Shown here piece by piece: positions 37,072-50,314 of a stretch of 64,000 nucleotides of DNA. Made by a program: the position numbers and the translations under genes. Position 1 is the first letter of the stretch, and each line of letters opens with the position of its first letter. Under the pieces are notes generated by a model, which made no database searches, was not told the DNA's origin, and saw nothing but the letters and a program-made list of their open reading frames with translations. Where the stretch lies: assembly GCF_032444005.1 (NCBI RefSeq), contig NC_091284.1, positions 91,884,001 to 91,948,000 on the forward strand, written 5' to 3'. The DNA is from Ranitomeya imitator. Its lineage: Eukaryota.

Positions 37072-39008
37072 CTAGTGTCACTTAGGTTGTGTACGGTTTC
37101 CATACAATTAATATTATCATCAGGAGATTATCACTACAGGACTACATGGCACATGGACCCTGGTCCGACCACACCGCCCCTCTGATAAGCACTACAATGT
37201 ACATAGAGAGCTGCGGTGTGGGTGGGAGCTCGGCTACATCTAAAAACTAAGTATACCACAACTGCTGCAAACTAACTGATTCATCGCTGGAATCAGGGCC
37301 TCTTTTCCTACATCACGCTGCTCTCAGTTGACGTAGCAAAAACCTGATGACAGATTCCCTTTAAGCAATGAATACTGATAATATACTCAAACCAGCATCT
37401 GCATCCAACCTTATTCTGTTCCACCATTTTTACAGAAATGTCGCTTCAGATTTCTGTTGGCCTCCATTCTGTCTGTCCCGATAGAAGCTCAACAATTACA
37501 TATAGATCAGAGGCTTCAGTAGACTTCCCCATCAGATCTTACTCCTTGGATACTTTTTAGCGCAGTTCAGTTTGGGCAAAGTTCTGCAGATCTCACGTAG
37601 TCTAAAGCTAGCTCTATACATTCGATAGCTGCTAGCCGAACTATCGCCCCCAAAAATGAGGTTCCCAAACATATTAGAAAGATGATCCCCTGAAACCAGC
37701 GGGTAAGGACAACTTATCTAAAGTTTATGGGAGCCTTTAGATATACCCCATCTCATTGTTGATTCAGGCTGTCGTTCCCAAAATGTTATACTTTAGACTC
37801 CATTTGCCATATTCACGCCCAGGGATAATTCGGGTACACATCTAAATAATATTTCAATCATTCAGACAGAAGCCCCTGTTGAACTGCTCAATGAAGAGCA
37901 TAATATTTGGAAAGCCTCGATTTTCAGGAATGTTAGTCCAATTTGTATGACCAACTTCAGTGAAGGGGAATGTGGAGCTCGTTGGTATAAAGTAAAGGAG
38001 TACCGCAGTGGGGTCCAAAAGCACCCATGAGCCCATTAGTAATGCCACTCGTTACTGATGATTTGATGGAATAAGAATTTACAGTCAGAGGTTTTGGTTG
38101 CCTGATATATCGTTTCACGAAGAATGGACACACGAATGGACATCTGGGGAAAACTACCCTGGTGCAACACACGGAGCAAATTAATTTTGAGTCCAATTTT
38201 GAAGCGACGTCTGCAGTCAAACCAGAGGCTACAAAAATCAATATACACGTCATGTTGTATCCAATTATCTATGGAGGTGTCTGACAAAAACGCAATCAAC
38301 TAAGCCAAGCATGGCCACTAAACACATCGGTATACTACAGAGATCAGTACTCCGGGGGATATGGATGTCATGTTCTGTAATATGGACGAACTCCAGTAAA
38401 GTCGCAGTCCTTTCCAGCAATGTCTAGATACAGGTATCCACTCTGTAGTTCAAGCCCCTATACTTTCATGCCATTATTGAAGTTGATCTATATTTTTTTT
38501 TTAAGGAGAAATTGAAATGTGACTTTTCCTGACAATCCACATTAGCAATCATGTGACATCGAATTAGGAGAACTGGTGTTAAATGTCAGACGTCAAGTCA
38601 TGCCAAGTGTCACCCTGGGCACAGAGCCATCATTTAACAAAGCCCACATACAATAGGCTGAATCATCATCATGGCACCGCTCGATAACAGATGCCAGGGA
38701 AGGCTCTGTCCGCCACGTGTATGTGATGAATATGTACTGACTACATATCAAGCCACCCTACTGCAATCAGACTGGGATGCCTGCATTCAAAGAGTTAATT
38801 CAATCAGAGTAAAAATCTTTTCCCGGTCTCGGTGGAGGAGGCTGCTGGATGCTAATTGCATTGAGCTGCATTGTAAAATTGCATCATGCATGCTGGAGAT
38901 ACACAGATAGGTTAGCAGTGAACCCCGAACAGGATAGATATCTGTCAAACGCTGGCCCTCCCATAGCCTTTAATAGAGAGAACGATGGTAGAACTGGTGA
39001 TTTTAATA

Positions 39009-40548
39009 CACTGCTCAAAAAAATAAAGGGAACACAAACAACAAAATATAACTCCAAGTAAATCAAACTTCTGTGAAATCAAACTGTCCACTTAGGAAGC
39101 AACACTGATTGACAATCAACTTCACATGCTGTTGTGCAAATAGAATAGGCAACAGATGGACATTTTTTGGCAATTATCAAGACACCCTCAATAAAGGAGT
39201 GGTTCTGCAGGTGGGGACCACAGACCACATCTCAGTACCAATGATTTCTGGCTGATGTTTTGGTCACTTTTGAATGTTGGTTGTGCTTTCACACTCATGG
39301 TAGCATGAGACGGACTCTGCAACCCAAACAAGTGGCTCAGGTAATGCAGCTCATCCAGGATGGCACATCAATGCGAGCTGTGGCAAGAAGGTTTGCTGTG
39401 TCTGTCAGCGTAGTGTCCAGAGGCTGGAGGCGCTACCAGGAGACAGACCAATACACCAGGAGACATGGAGGGGGCCGTAGGAGGACAACAACCCAGCAGC
39501 AGGACCGCTACCTCAGCCTTTGTGCAAGGAGGAACAAGAGGAGCACTGCCAGAGCCCTGCAGAATGACCTCCAGCAGGCCACAAATGTGCATGTGTCTGC
39601 ACAAACTGTTAGAAACCGACTCCAAGAGGATAGTCTGAGTACCCGACGTCCAAAGATGGGGGTTTTGCTCACAGCCCTACACCGTGCAGGACACTTGGCA
39701 TTTGCCACAGAACACCAGGATTGGCAAATTTATCATTGGCGACCTGTGTTCTTCACAGATGAAAGCAGGTTCACACTGAGCACATGTGACAGACGTGACA
39801 GATTCTGAAGACGCCGTGAAGACGCCTGTCAGTAATGGTGTGGGGCGGCATTTCTTTGGAGGGCCGCACAGCCCTCCATGTGCTCGCCAGAGGTAGCCTG
39901 ACTGCCATTAGGTACCGAGAGGAGATCTGCAGACCCATTGTGAGACCATATGCTGGTGCGGTTGGCCCTGGGTTTCTCCTAATGCAGGACAATGCCAGAC
40001 CTCATGTGGCTGGCGTGTGTCAGCAGTTCCTGCAAGATGAAGGCATTGAAGCTATGGACTGGCCCGACCGTTCCCCAGACCTGAATCCGGTTGAGCAAAT
40101 CTGGGACATCATGTCTCGCACCATCCACCAATGTCACGTTGCACCACAGACTGTCCAGGAGTTGGTGGATGCTTTAGTCCAGGTCTGGGCGGAGATCCCT
40201 CAGGAGAACATCCGCCGCCTCATCAGGAGCATGTCCAGGGGTTGTAGGGAGGTCATACAGGCAAGTGGAGGCCAAACACACAATACTGAGCTACTTTTCC
40301 TTGTCTTGAGGCATTTCCACTGAAGTTGGATCAGCCTGTAATTTGATTTTTCACTTTGATTTTCAGCATCATTCCAACTTCAGATTTCAGTGGGATATTA
40401 GTTGTGCTTTACGTTGATCATTTTTAGGTTTTATTTTTCTCAACACATTCCACTATGTAATGAATAAAGAGATTTACAACTGGAATGTTTCATTCAGTGA
40501 TATCTAGGATGTGGGATTTTAGTGTTCCCTTTATTTTTTTGAGCAGTG
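39009..40548 (+). mobile_element. Tc1-like (DD34E) transposon, family A copy 2, both TIRs present
   Basis: TA|CACTGCTCAAAAAAATAAAGGGAACAC..GTGTTCCCTTTATTTTTTTGAGCAGTG|TA. The transposase from ATG 39305 is broken by a stop at ~39806 and an internal deletion. Confidence 0.95.
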
Positions 40549-42316
40549 TATAAATCTTAGGGTTTCCCTAAAAAAGGTGCAGAAAAGCATGAATAGCTGC
40601 ACTTTGCAGTAATGATATGAGGATGTTGCTATACACATTACACAAATGTCAGACAAACTTGCACAGCAGGAGGATTTGAGCAGAGGGACATAAGTTTTAC
40701 GATCTTTTCCCACAAAATATTGAATGGAAATTTCTGCTTAATTTGAGCTTTGGAGTCCAGTAGGTGGTCTTAATCAATGATGGACTTCCTTCCTTGTAGG
40801 AGAAAGCTAGAAGAGAAGCTATTGGTCAGTGAACAGGACCGCCCACTGGACTGCACAACACAGAACGGGCAGGACTTTACACTGGAAGATTACAAGTTAC
40901 GGTATATGGATTCTTCTCCCAGAAAACCATTGATGACATGCTATTGGCAAACCTGATGCCAAGTTCAATGTGACAAATTTACTTCAAAGAATCACTTTCA
41001 CATCACGTTTCTATAACTGCCAGAACACCCACCCAAACTGATCAATGACTGTATATTATCTGCGCAAACTGATTAACTCTACACAAAAGGTTTGGATTTC
41101 CATTTGTGATGTGGTTGCAGTAACATGCGCCTGGTGGTCCTGCGACTCCCCCTTAAGCCTCTAACAAATGGTGAAAACAGAAAGATCATGCAATTTTTTC
41201 CCCAAGTCCATGTTTAAAAGGAATATGTCTCCAGATTTTAGCTACTCCATCTGAGAGCAGAATACTGTAGGAAAAAGACCATGAATCCAATGATGTATCA
41301 CTTAGTTTACTAGGTACCACAATTTTAACCGAGTTTTTAGATTTAGCAGAGCTCAGAGAAAGCTGCCCCCGCCCACAGCACAGCTCTCTGTATACATTGT
41401 CTGTAGACACTTGAGAGTGACCTGCTAATCAGAGGAGGAGTATGGTTGGACCAGGGCTCAGGTTTAATCTCTCTCTTGGTGATTAAACATTCATTATATG
41501 GAAACAGCACACAGCCTGATAAGTGACACATCTGTGTCTCAGCATCTAAATAAATAGCAAAAGCCTGTTGAGTAGGGACATGTGAATGTGGCCTTATGGA
41601 CATGCATTAGTAAAAATCGATTTTGGAAACCGTTGATTCGCGCATACCCAGAACTTGTCATGGTCACAGTAATATGGTATGTCTCCTGTGTCTGCAGCTG
41701 TTCAGTTTAATTATCTGAAATTCTACTGCAAAAATGCCGCAGTGAAAAAAAAGACGTAAAAACCAAAACCCAGAACTGTCGTCTTGTGTTAAAGTCAACT
41801 GAGCCGCTCTCCTAAGGCCATCCTAGTACAGGGACTAGTTAGAATGTCGTGCCAAAATGGCACACTGAAGACTGCGCTTGACCTTTTATCAGCTCCACAT
41901 TCTACACCCTCCTGCCCCCAAGAGAGGTGGACAAGAAAACACTGTACACTGAAGGGCTTCTTCTGCCACTGTCAAAAACGAAAACCAGACATATGACTAA
42001 TTGATGTGGTTTTTATTCTAGCCCTGATGCTCACTGATGATTGCAAAGACTTGGTACCAGGTTCACAGTGTTGTGCCAAGTCTTTATAAGGTTGCGCCAA
42101 GTCTTCATAAAGTTGTGCCATCCATGGTGCCACTTGTGGACAAAGCTGCTGGTAGATGCAAAATGCATGCAGCAAATTATGTGTAAGCACAGGGCTAAAT
42201 TCACATGAAAAATCATCCAATTTTTATACAGAAAAAAGTTAAATTTTTCTTTTGTATGGTCACTGTTTTTACACATTAACTGAAAATATTATAAAAAGGA
42301 CAAATGCAGTTTCCTA

Positions 42317-44939
42317 CAGGTGATTCTCATAAAATTAAAATCAAAAAGTCAATTTATTTCAGTTCTTTAATACAAAAAGTGAAACTCATTATATAGAGTC
42401 ATTACAGACAGAGTGATCTATTTCAAGTGTTTATTTCTGTCAATGCTGATGATTATGGCTTACAGCCAATGAGAACCCAAAAGTCATTGTCTCAGTAAAT
42501 TAGAATAATTAACAACAAACACCTGAAAAGGCTTTTTAAGCGTTTAAAAAGGTCCCTTAGTCTGTTTCAGTAGGCTCCGCAATCATTGGGAAGACTGCTG
42601 ACTTGTCAGATGTCCAGAAGGCAGTCGCTGACACTCCACAAGGAGGGAAAGTCACAAAAGGTCATTGCTAAAGAAGCTGACTGTTCACAGAGAGCTGTAT
42701 CCAAGCATATTAATGGAAAGTTGAGTGGAAGGAAAAAGTGTGGTAGAAAAGATGCACAAGTAACCGAGATAACCACAGCCTTGTAAGGATTGTTAAGAAA
42801 AGGCCATTCAATAATTTGGGGGAGATTCACAAGGAGTGGACTGCTGGAGTCATTTCTTCAAGAGCCACCACACACAGACGTATCCAGGACATGGGCTACA
42901 AGTGTCACATTCCTTGTGTCAGCCACTCATGACCAATAGACAACACCAGAAGTGTCTTACCTGGGCCAAGGAGAAAAAGAACTCGACTGTTACTCAGTGG
43001 TCTAAGGTGTTGTTTTCAGATGAAAGTAAATTTTGCATTTCATTTGGAAATCAAGGTCCCAGAGTCTAGAGTGGAGAGGCCACAATCCAAGCTGCTGGAG
43101 GTCTAGTGTGAAGTTTCCACAATCAGTGATGGCAGGGCCGGCTCCAGGTTTTTGAGGGCCCCGGGCGAAAGAGTCTCAGTGGGCCCCCCCTTTAACACAT
43201 ACCCCGATTCATGATCGCATATAAACACAGCCATGTAGTATATAACACTGCCCACGTAGTATATAGCAGCCCATGTAGTATATAGCACAGCCCACGTAGT
43301 ATATAACAGCCCACGTAGTATATAGCAGCGCAGCCCACGTAGTATATAGCAGCGCAGCCCACGTAGTATATAGCAGCGCAGCCCACGTAGTATATAGCAG
43401 CGCAGCCCACGTAGTATATAGCAGCGCAGCCCACGTAGTATATAGCAGCGCAGCCGAGCCCACGTAGTATATAGCAGTGCAGCCCATGTAGTATATAGCA
43501 GTGCAGCCCACATAGTATATAGCAGTGCAGCCCACATAGTATATAGCAGCGCAGCCCACGTAGTATATAGCAGCGCAGCCGAGCCCACATAGTATATAGC
43601 AGCGCAGCCGAGCCCACGTAGTATATAGCAGCGCTGCCCACGTAGTATATAGCAGCGCAGCCCACGTAGTATATAGCAGCGCAGCCCACGTAGTATATAG
43701 CAGCGCAGCCCATGTAGCATATAGCAGCGCAGCCCACGTAGTATATAGCAGCGCAGCCCACGTAGTATATAGCAGCGCAGCCCACATAGTATATAGCAGC
43801 GCAGCCCACGTAGTATATAGCAGCGCAGCCCACGTAGTATATAGCAGCGCAGCCCACATAGTATATAGCAGCGCAGCCCACGTAGTATATAGCAGCGCAG
43901 CCCACATAGTATATAGCAGCGCAGCCCACGTAGTATATAGCAGCGCCACTCACTCAGGCACTGGTAGGAGCTCCTCCGGAATCTGCCTCATAAGTTCAGC
44001 ACTGCAGCCAGCCAGGGGCGGAGAGCAGAGCAGAGAACATGCTCTCTCAGCCCACACACAATGTCACACTGGCTGCCTTTCCTTAACCCCTATGTGTGCC
44101 TGCCTGGCTGCACTGACTAAGTGAGAAGATGCTTGTGTCAGAGCTGGCACATAGGGGTTAAGAGAACGCAGCCAGCAGTGACTTTGTAGGCGGAGAGAGC
44201 ATGTTATCTCCTGCTCTGCTCTCCCAGCTGTACCTATGACAGTGTGAGTGGGCCCCCCTCTCTCCCCAGGGCCCCGGCATTTGCCCGCTGTGCCGGGTGC
44301 TGACGCCGGCCCTGAGTGATGGTTTGGGGAGCCATGTCATCTGCTGGTGTAGGCAGCACATCCGTATACCAGGAAATTTTAGAGCACTTCATGCTTCCCT
44401 CTGCCGACAAGCTTTTTGGAGATGGAAATTTCATTCTCCAGCAGGACTTGGCACCTGTCCACACTGCCAAAAGTACCAATACCTGGTTTACAAACAACAG
44501 TATCACTGTGCTTGATTGGCAGCAAACTCGCCTGACCTTAACCCAATAGAGAATCTATGGAGCATTATCAAGAGGAAGATGAGAGACAGCAGACCCAACA
44601 ATGCAGACGAGCTGAAGGCTGCTATCAAAGCCACCTGGGCTTCCATAACCCCTCAGCAGTGCCACAGGCTGATCGCCTCCATGCCACACCGCATTGATGC
44701 AGTAATTGATGCAAAAGGAGCCCCGACCAAGTACTGAGTGCATTTACTGAACATACATTTCAGTAGGACAACATTTCAAATTTTAAAATCATTTTGTCAA
44801 GCTGGTGTTATAAAGTATTCTAATTTACTGAGATAATGACTTTTGGGTTTTCATTGGCTGTAAGCCATAATCATCAACATTAACACTTGGAATACATCAC
44901 TCTGTTTGTAATAACTCTATATAATATATGGGTTTCACT
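42317..44939 (+). mobile_element. Tc1-like (DD34E) element, defective, with hAT MITE insertion
   Basis: TA|CAGGTGATTCTCA left end; remnants FSDESKFCISFGNQGPRV, VWGAMSSAGVG, QQDLAPVH and SPDLNPIE..KGAPTKY*. The right TIR is clipped. Confidence 0.88.
43133..44314. mobile_element. hAT-type non-autonomous element carrying a 24-bp minisatellite
   Basis: TIRs CAGGGCCGGC..GCCGGCCCTG, 8-bp TSD AGTGATGG, and about 30 units of CAGCGCAGCCCACGTAGTATATAG at ~43230-43945. Confidence 0.93.
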
Positions 44940-45181
44940 ATACATAAGTGTTTTCTTTATCCCAAATCTGGCAAACACAGCTCTGCTCCAGCACTCACTC
45001 TCTGTATAGCATCGTCCACGGCAATCTGCAGGGCAGAAATACCGTCATGCTGCTTCTCAGCATAACATCAGTCTGCTGATTGTCTAATAAGACATCAAAG
45101 GCCTAAATGAATCAGAAAGCTGAGCCCGGCCCCGAGCCACTGCTTAGCATATCTGGACTCCATTATTATCACCGGGCTTCT

Positions 45182-45195
45182 GTCACCATGGCAAC
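45182..45195. promoter_or_regulatory. RFX X-box motif GTCACCATGGCAAC
   Basis: Identical to 16050-16063; about 100 bp intron-side of the candidate exon at 45297. Confidence 0.5.
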
Positions 45196-45296
45196 AGGCT
45201 CTTCCAGATTGCTCCTCATTGGGGAATATAGGATTGTAAACAGCGCAGATGCCGTTGTTATCCACGAGAAGATGCTCCCGCACCGGAGGATCTCAC

Positions 45297-45332
45297 TAAC
45301 ATAATCCCATAACCACAGATCTTCCATCGCTA
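45297..45332 (-). CDS. Candidate 36-nt phase-1 ABR microexon, or 3' end of an alternative first exon (..MEDLWLWDYV-N)
   Basis: Acceptor CTTCTTCTCCTTTTAG (NAGNAG, giving 36 or 33 nt) and donor TTA|GTGAGA; open in the ABR frame; CpG-containing sequence upstream. Confidence 0.42.
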
Positions 45333-46213
45333 CTAAAAGGAGAAGAAGATGCTTAGCCAGCAATAAAACCCTCGGCGGAGATTTCTGGTACAAACAGTGC
45401 CCACTTCTCTTCCCGAGCATGACCTGCCTGCAGCGCTCCTCCAACACTCGCACCGCAGGCGGCCCAGAACATTAGGAACTTGGCAATCAATTACAGCATC
45501 CTCACTCGCTGCAGAGCTTCCAACCTGCGCACTGCACTGCATCAGCAGACTGCCGGGGACGAGGAGCGGCTGCCAGCTACCCTCTGCCTGCTTGTGGCCT
45601 GGTAGTAATTACTGTCCAGGAAGGATAGACATAATGGTGACTAGCCAGGCCACTCACACCACAGAATCCCGTGATTACAAGAGGTTCTGCAGCAGATACA
45701 CGTATACTGTACATTAACCAAATAAGGCAAAGATCCATGTATTGCAATGTAATCAAAGTGCAGGAAAAACGAACAAAGATATATAAATCATCTAAAACAA
45801 TACTTGTCTAATGGAAGATCAATCCTCTGCGGAGGCCAAACTTAGAAAGGGTTTTACGGAATTAAAAATATTGATGGTCTGTCCTTAGGATAGAAAATCA
45901 CTATCAGATCAGCTGATTGTAAAGGCCGCCCCCGAAAGTGCCACATCTCCTTCATTAGCCCTGTATGTTTTGCAGTGGCTGCTTCTAATATTGCAGATCA
46001 CACCAAATGGGTCCAAGAGACCATAAGTTGCAGTACCAGGCACAGACACTGGAGAAAGGAAGGCGCTGCTGATCCTAGTAAACAATGAGAGTGACTGACA
46101 CTTGCCGGAGAGGCCCCATTAGTAGACCAAGTTTGCTCCTAATGAATCTGATATTAATAACCAATCATAAGAACACACCATTATTACAGTTCTGGGGGGG
46201 AAAAATGCTTTAA

Positions 46214-46563
46214 AAGGGGTATTTCCATCTCCAAGAACCCATCCTAATATGTAATAGATGTAATAATTATATTAGCCAATACCTGCAATTAGAAATGTAG
46301 TATAGTTCTTCTGATTCGCTGTGTCGCTTACCCCATGTGCAGGGCATTGCAGTAGCTTAGGTATCCATGGTTACAACCACTCATAACGACAGTTTGCTGT
46401 TCATGGTCATAACCATGGGTACCTAAGCTACTACAATGCCCTGCACATGGGGTAAGCAACATAGCGAATCAGAGGAACTATACTACATTTCAAATTAGAG
46501 GTATGTGCTAATATTATTATTACACGTACTACATATTGGGATCGGATCTTGGAGAATACCCTT
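46214..46563. mobile_element. T2/Kolobok-type MITE
   Basis: Long palindrome TTAA|AAGGGGTATTTCC..GAATACCCTT|TTAA. Confidence 0.82.
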
Positions 46564-46827
46564 TTAATTAGAATTTAGCAAAAAGTTTTACCGCCGGACC
46601 CTGGTCCTAAAGCCATGTCATTGTAGTCCTGTGGTCAGTGGACCAGAGCCCTGTGGCCCACATACTGTCTGAGGGCGTCCCTGGCGCAGCTTCTGATTAA
46701 TAAATCCAGTACACCATCATTACATTGTGGCACAATGCATACGACAAAGCTAACATCTACTAATCAGAAGAGGTGATGGGGATGTCAAACAGAACGAGGC
46801 TTACAGGGATCTGGTCCAGCAGGCTTA

Positions 46828-47210
46828 GGCTTCTTTCACAATCCGTCGTTTTGGGGAAAAAACGGATCCGGCAAATGTGCCCGCAGGATGCGATGTTTTT
46901 CCCCATCTAGACTTGTATTAGCGACGGACTGCGACGGATGGCCACATGTCGCACCCATCGTGCAACGGATCTGTCGTGTTTTGGCGGACCGTCGGCACGA
47001 AAAAACATTCAAGTGAACGTTTTTTTCGTACGTCGCGTCCGCCATTTCCTACCGCGAATGCACGGCCGAAACTCTGCCCCCTCCACCTCGGACTTCAGAA
47101 CTTCAGAATGGGCAGCGGATGCATTGAAAAACTGCATCCGCTGCCCACGTCGTGCACAAATTTCACAACGTGCGTCAGTACGTCGGGCTGACGCAAGTGT
47201 GAAAATAGCC
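46828..47210. mobile_element. Harbinger-type MITE
   Basis: TTA|GGCTTCTTTCACA..TGTGAAAATAGCC|TTA. Confidence 0.82.
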
Positions 47211-47213
47211 TTA

Positions 47214-47565
47214 GGCTGGGGTCACATTGCGTTTTGGTCAGAGCGCTAACGGACAGCGTTGCACGGCGAAATTAACGCCATGCAACGCGTCCGTTAGCGC
47301 TCCCATTGCTCGCAATGTACCAGCGCATTGCTAGCGCGTGTCATTTTCGGCACGCGCTAGCGACGCGCCGGTCTTTTGTAGCGCACCTCGGACGCTGCTT
47401 GCAGCGTCCGTGGCGCGCCCGAGGTCCGTTCCCCGCTCTCGCAGATCGGGGATCTGCGAGAGCGGGGACGTTAACGCGACCCCGAAACGCGACCCTTTAA
47501 AAACATTGCGTTAGCGCAATCCGCTAGCGCTAAACGGATTGCACTAACGCAATGTGACCCTAGCC
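47214..47565. mobile_element. Harbinger-type MITE (second family, abutting)
   Basis: TTA|GGCTGGGGTCACATTGCG..CGCAATGTGACCCTAGCC|TTA. Confidence 0.85.
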
Positions 47566-47692
47566 TTAGACTACCAACATGGCCACCGGGACAGCATCCT
47601 GTGAATATTTTTTGCTCATCAGTGGCCTTAAAATGAAATATTTCAATAAGCAGATATGTATCAACTATATCCCACATTGATACTCTGAATTT

Positions 47693-47845
47693 TAGCTTGT
47701 GAGCAGGGCCCTCATTCCCCTTGGTATCTGTTTTATGTGATTATTGTTATTCCGTAATGTCTTCTATTGTCTGTACAAGTCCCCTTTAAGATGTAAAGTG
47801 CTGCGAAATATGTTGGCGCTATAGAAATAAAATTATTATTATTAA
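47693..47845 (+). mobile_element. L2-clade LINE 3' end
   Basis: TTGTGAGCAGGGCC..GTAAAGTGCTGCGAAATATGTTGGCGCTATAGAAATAAA(ATT)n; the tail is shared with the V-SINE. Confidence 0.65.
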
Positions 47846-50314
47846 TATTAATACAAAGAATTTTTTTCACTGAGAGAAACCAACAAAAACTACTGCATTG
47901 TTTGTAATGTGCAAAGGTTTGTGTACCCTACCACTAGGTACTGCACCAAATTTGTTTTTCCAACTCTTCCATACAGTCTGAGTGGTTCTCAATTCACCTT
48001 GCAAGTGTTTAAGGTAATGGATACCAATGACATGGAAAAAATGAAAAAAAAAATTTTTCACTTGATAGTGGTTACTTTTGGATAATAAAATAGCACTGTC
48101 TTCATCCTTTCATTCATTTTAGGATCCCCTGATATACAGCTGATCCAAGTTTCAGCTTTTTCTCTTGTTGGAGTGTCCCTCTCAGTAATATAGGCTGGAT
48201 ATGACCTTTTGTGTGTCCATGATGCTGCTTTGTTGACGTGTTCCAGCAGAGCTCCAATACTGAACTTACCTCCTCTCCATGGGGCTTCCCCCTCTTCTCT
48301 ATAGCCTGATTTATCTGTTCTTCATAAAACTTTAGATATTTTCTCCTCTATCCCCTCCACCTCCACTCTAAGGCCATGTTCACACGTTGTGTTTTTGGTG
48401 CATTTTTCTCTGCCCTCTTGCCAGTTAAAAAATGCTGTCTGAAGGTGTACAAAGCAAACAATATTAGACAAGGACTGTGAAAGCCATTTCTGCATCATAA
48501 TGTTCATTTAATATCCAACTCCAGCTTTGTTTCATCACTGACTGAGGGGCATTGGCTCCTAGGAGTCATTAATGTTTACAGGAATCCATTCTTCTCACTA
48601 TCAGCACAATATATCCACTGGTTATCCGTGATAACATCATGTTACCTGGCCTTTGGGTGTTTCGGCAATGCCGTAATTTAATAAATGAAGTGATCTTGAT
48701 TCTGTGACTGCCCCTTTAATGGCAGAGCAGACCCCTCCTGGTAATAGCCGGCCCAGTGTACGGCTTAATCAATTTTTCATAGCCCATTTCTGCATAAGAT
48801 TTGCTCAGCAGATCCTGTCTGTACAGTCAGATGAGCTTTTGTTCTATTGTGCTCCACGGAGGAGAAATAACGTCTGTACGCGGCTAAATTACTGCATTTA
48901 CAGTACAGCGTACACCTCACTTCAGTTTTACAGACTTACGCAGACCAAGTAGGTAATTGCTAAAGTCAGGAAAGCTGAGCACATAAAATGACAAGACTTA
49001 CAAAAAAAAACCCACCGGGAACAAAGATCAAAAGTGCAAAAACTAATGTGACCACAAGAATCACAATGCTCCAATTAATGTCTATGGACTGAGCCGGGTC
49101 TGTTTAGTATTCTGCATACCCTAAAATCCAAATTAGGTGATCAGCAATCTTTATAACAAAAAAAAGCCAATTAACCTATAAATAAGATACACTCCATTCA
49201 GCCGAATCCTCAAACATGGCAAGTCACTTCTGCGCTGCGTGGTCATGGCACTGAGTGATGGTCGTTGTAAGAAGGTTCATGGTGCTCATGACACGGAGTT
49301 CACTCACTAGAAATATCCGACATATTGGACGCACAATATACAACATACAAGACTTTGGGGTTTCTAGAACTCGAATGATGGGGGACAGAATTATATATAA
49401 TAGGTAGTTTGCTCTACACTAACCCATAGCAACGTTGCTGCTGTGAGGAACTAAAATTGACAACTGGCCGTGGACAAGTTACACCCTTGGCCAAAGCAAG
49501 ACAGACTGCTAGCTCACTGAGGTGTCAGGTTATACAGCGTATTTATTATACTATATGGAGGAGCACTCAACACAGTGAGGCACACACAGACTTGTGCTGC
49601 AGCTTTAATCAACTGTTATACCTTAGTGCAGTGCTGGATGCACAGCCACACAGCTCAGTACTGCTGTATAATATCCTCCTAGCTACTTTATTTTGTGTTC
49701 CTGCTTGTGAGCACATGCTACACAGAGAAAGAAGAGCAAGGATCCCTCTGTTTCAGGATGCTGTATATGGGAGACATAGTAGCAGCTATTTTACTACCAT
49801 TAGATCAAGAAAGAACTGAACATTAGAGAAATAGCTTGAGGAGAAAAATATTAAAACACTCAGTATAGAGGTCATAAAAGTCAGAAATTGTGTTACTAAT
49901 CATCAACCCAAGAACGCTTATTTTGAAGAGTGACCTGATAAAATGGGTCACAAGGGTCAGACCCCCATGATCATACATTTATGACCTATCCTGTAGATCT
50001 ACTGGCTGCCTACCTAGGCTATAGAGCGTCAATGAACGTATTAATTCCCACCTCTACAGAACATGATCGTAAACCCTTTCTGAACCAGAAGGAAATCTTT
50101 TCAATTGTTTGCTCTGTAGATTTTCCTTTTACAGAAGTAGTTCAGCACCAAGTCATGTCGCTGCCCCTAAACAAGTAACTGCGCAGCTATAAAATGCAGA
50201 AAGTACTGAATAAAAAGCCGCTAATTAGTCATTTGAGAGATGCATCCTGAAACATGACCCAGGTTTACCTCAAATTCTTCAACAGGAAAAAAACAACTTT
50301 GTATTCTGTAGTAA

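Noticed and set aside
37380-38330. Possible retroelement ORF fragment
   Set aside because: No RT, integrase or endonuclease motif was recognised in the frames inspected; left unannotated.
43103-43953. Long ORFs (AAIYYVGC / ALLYTTWA repeats)
   Set aside because: Translations of a 24-bp minisatellite inside an hAT MITE.
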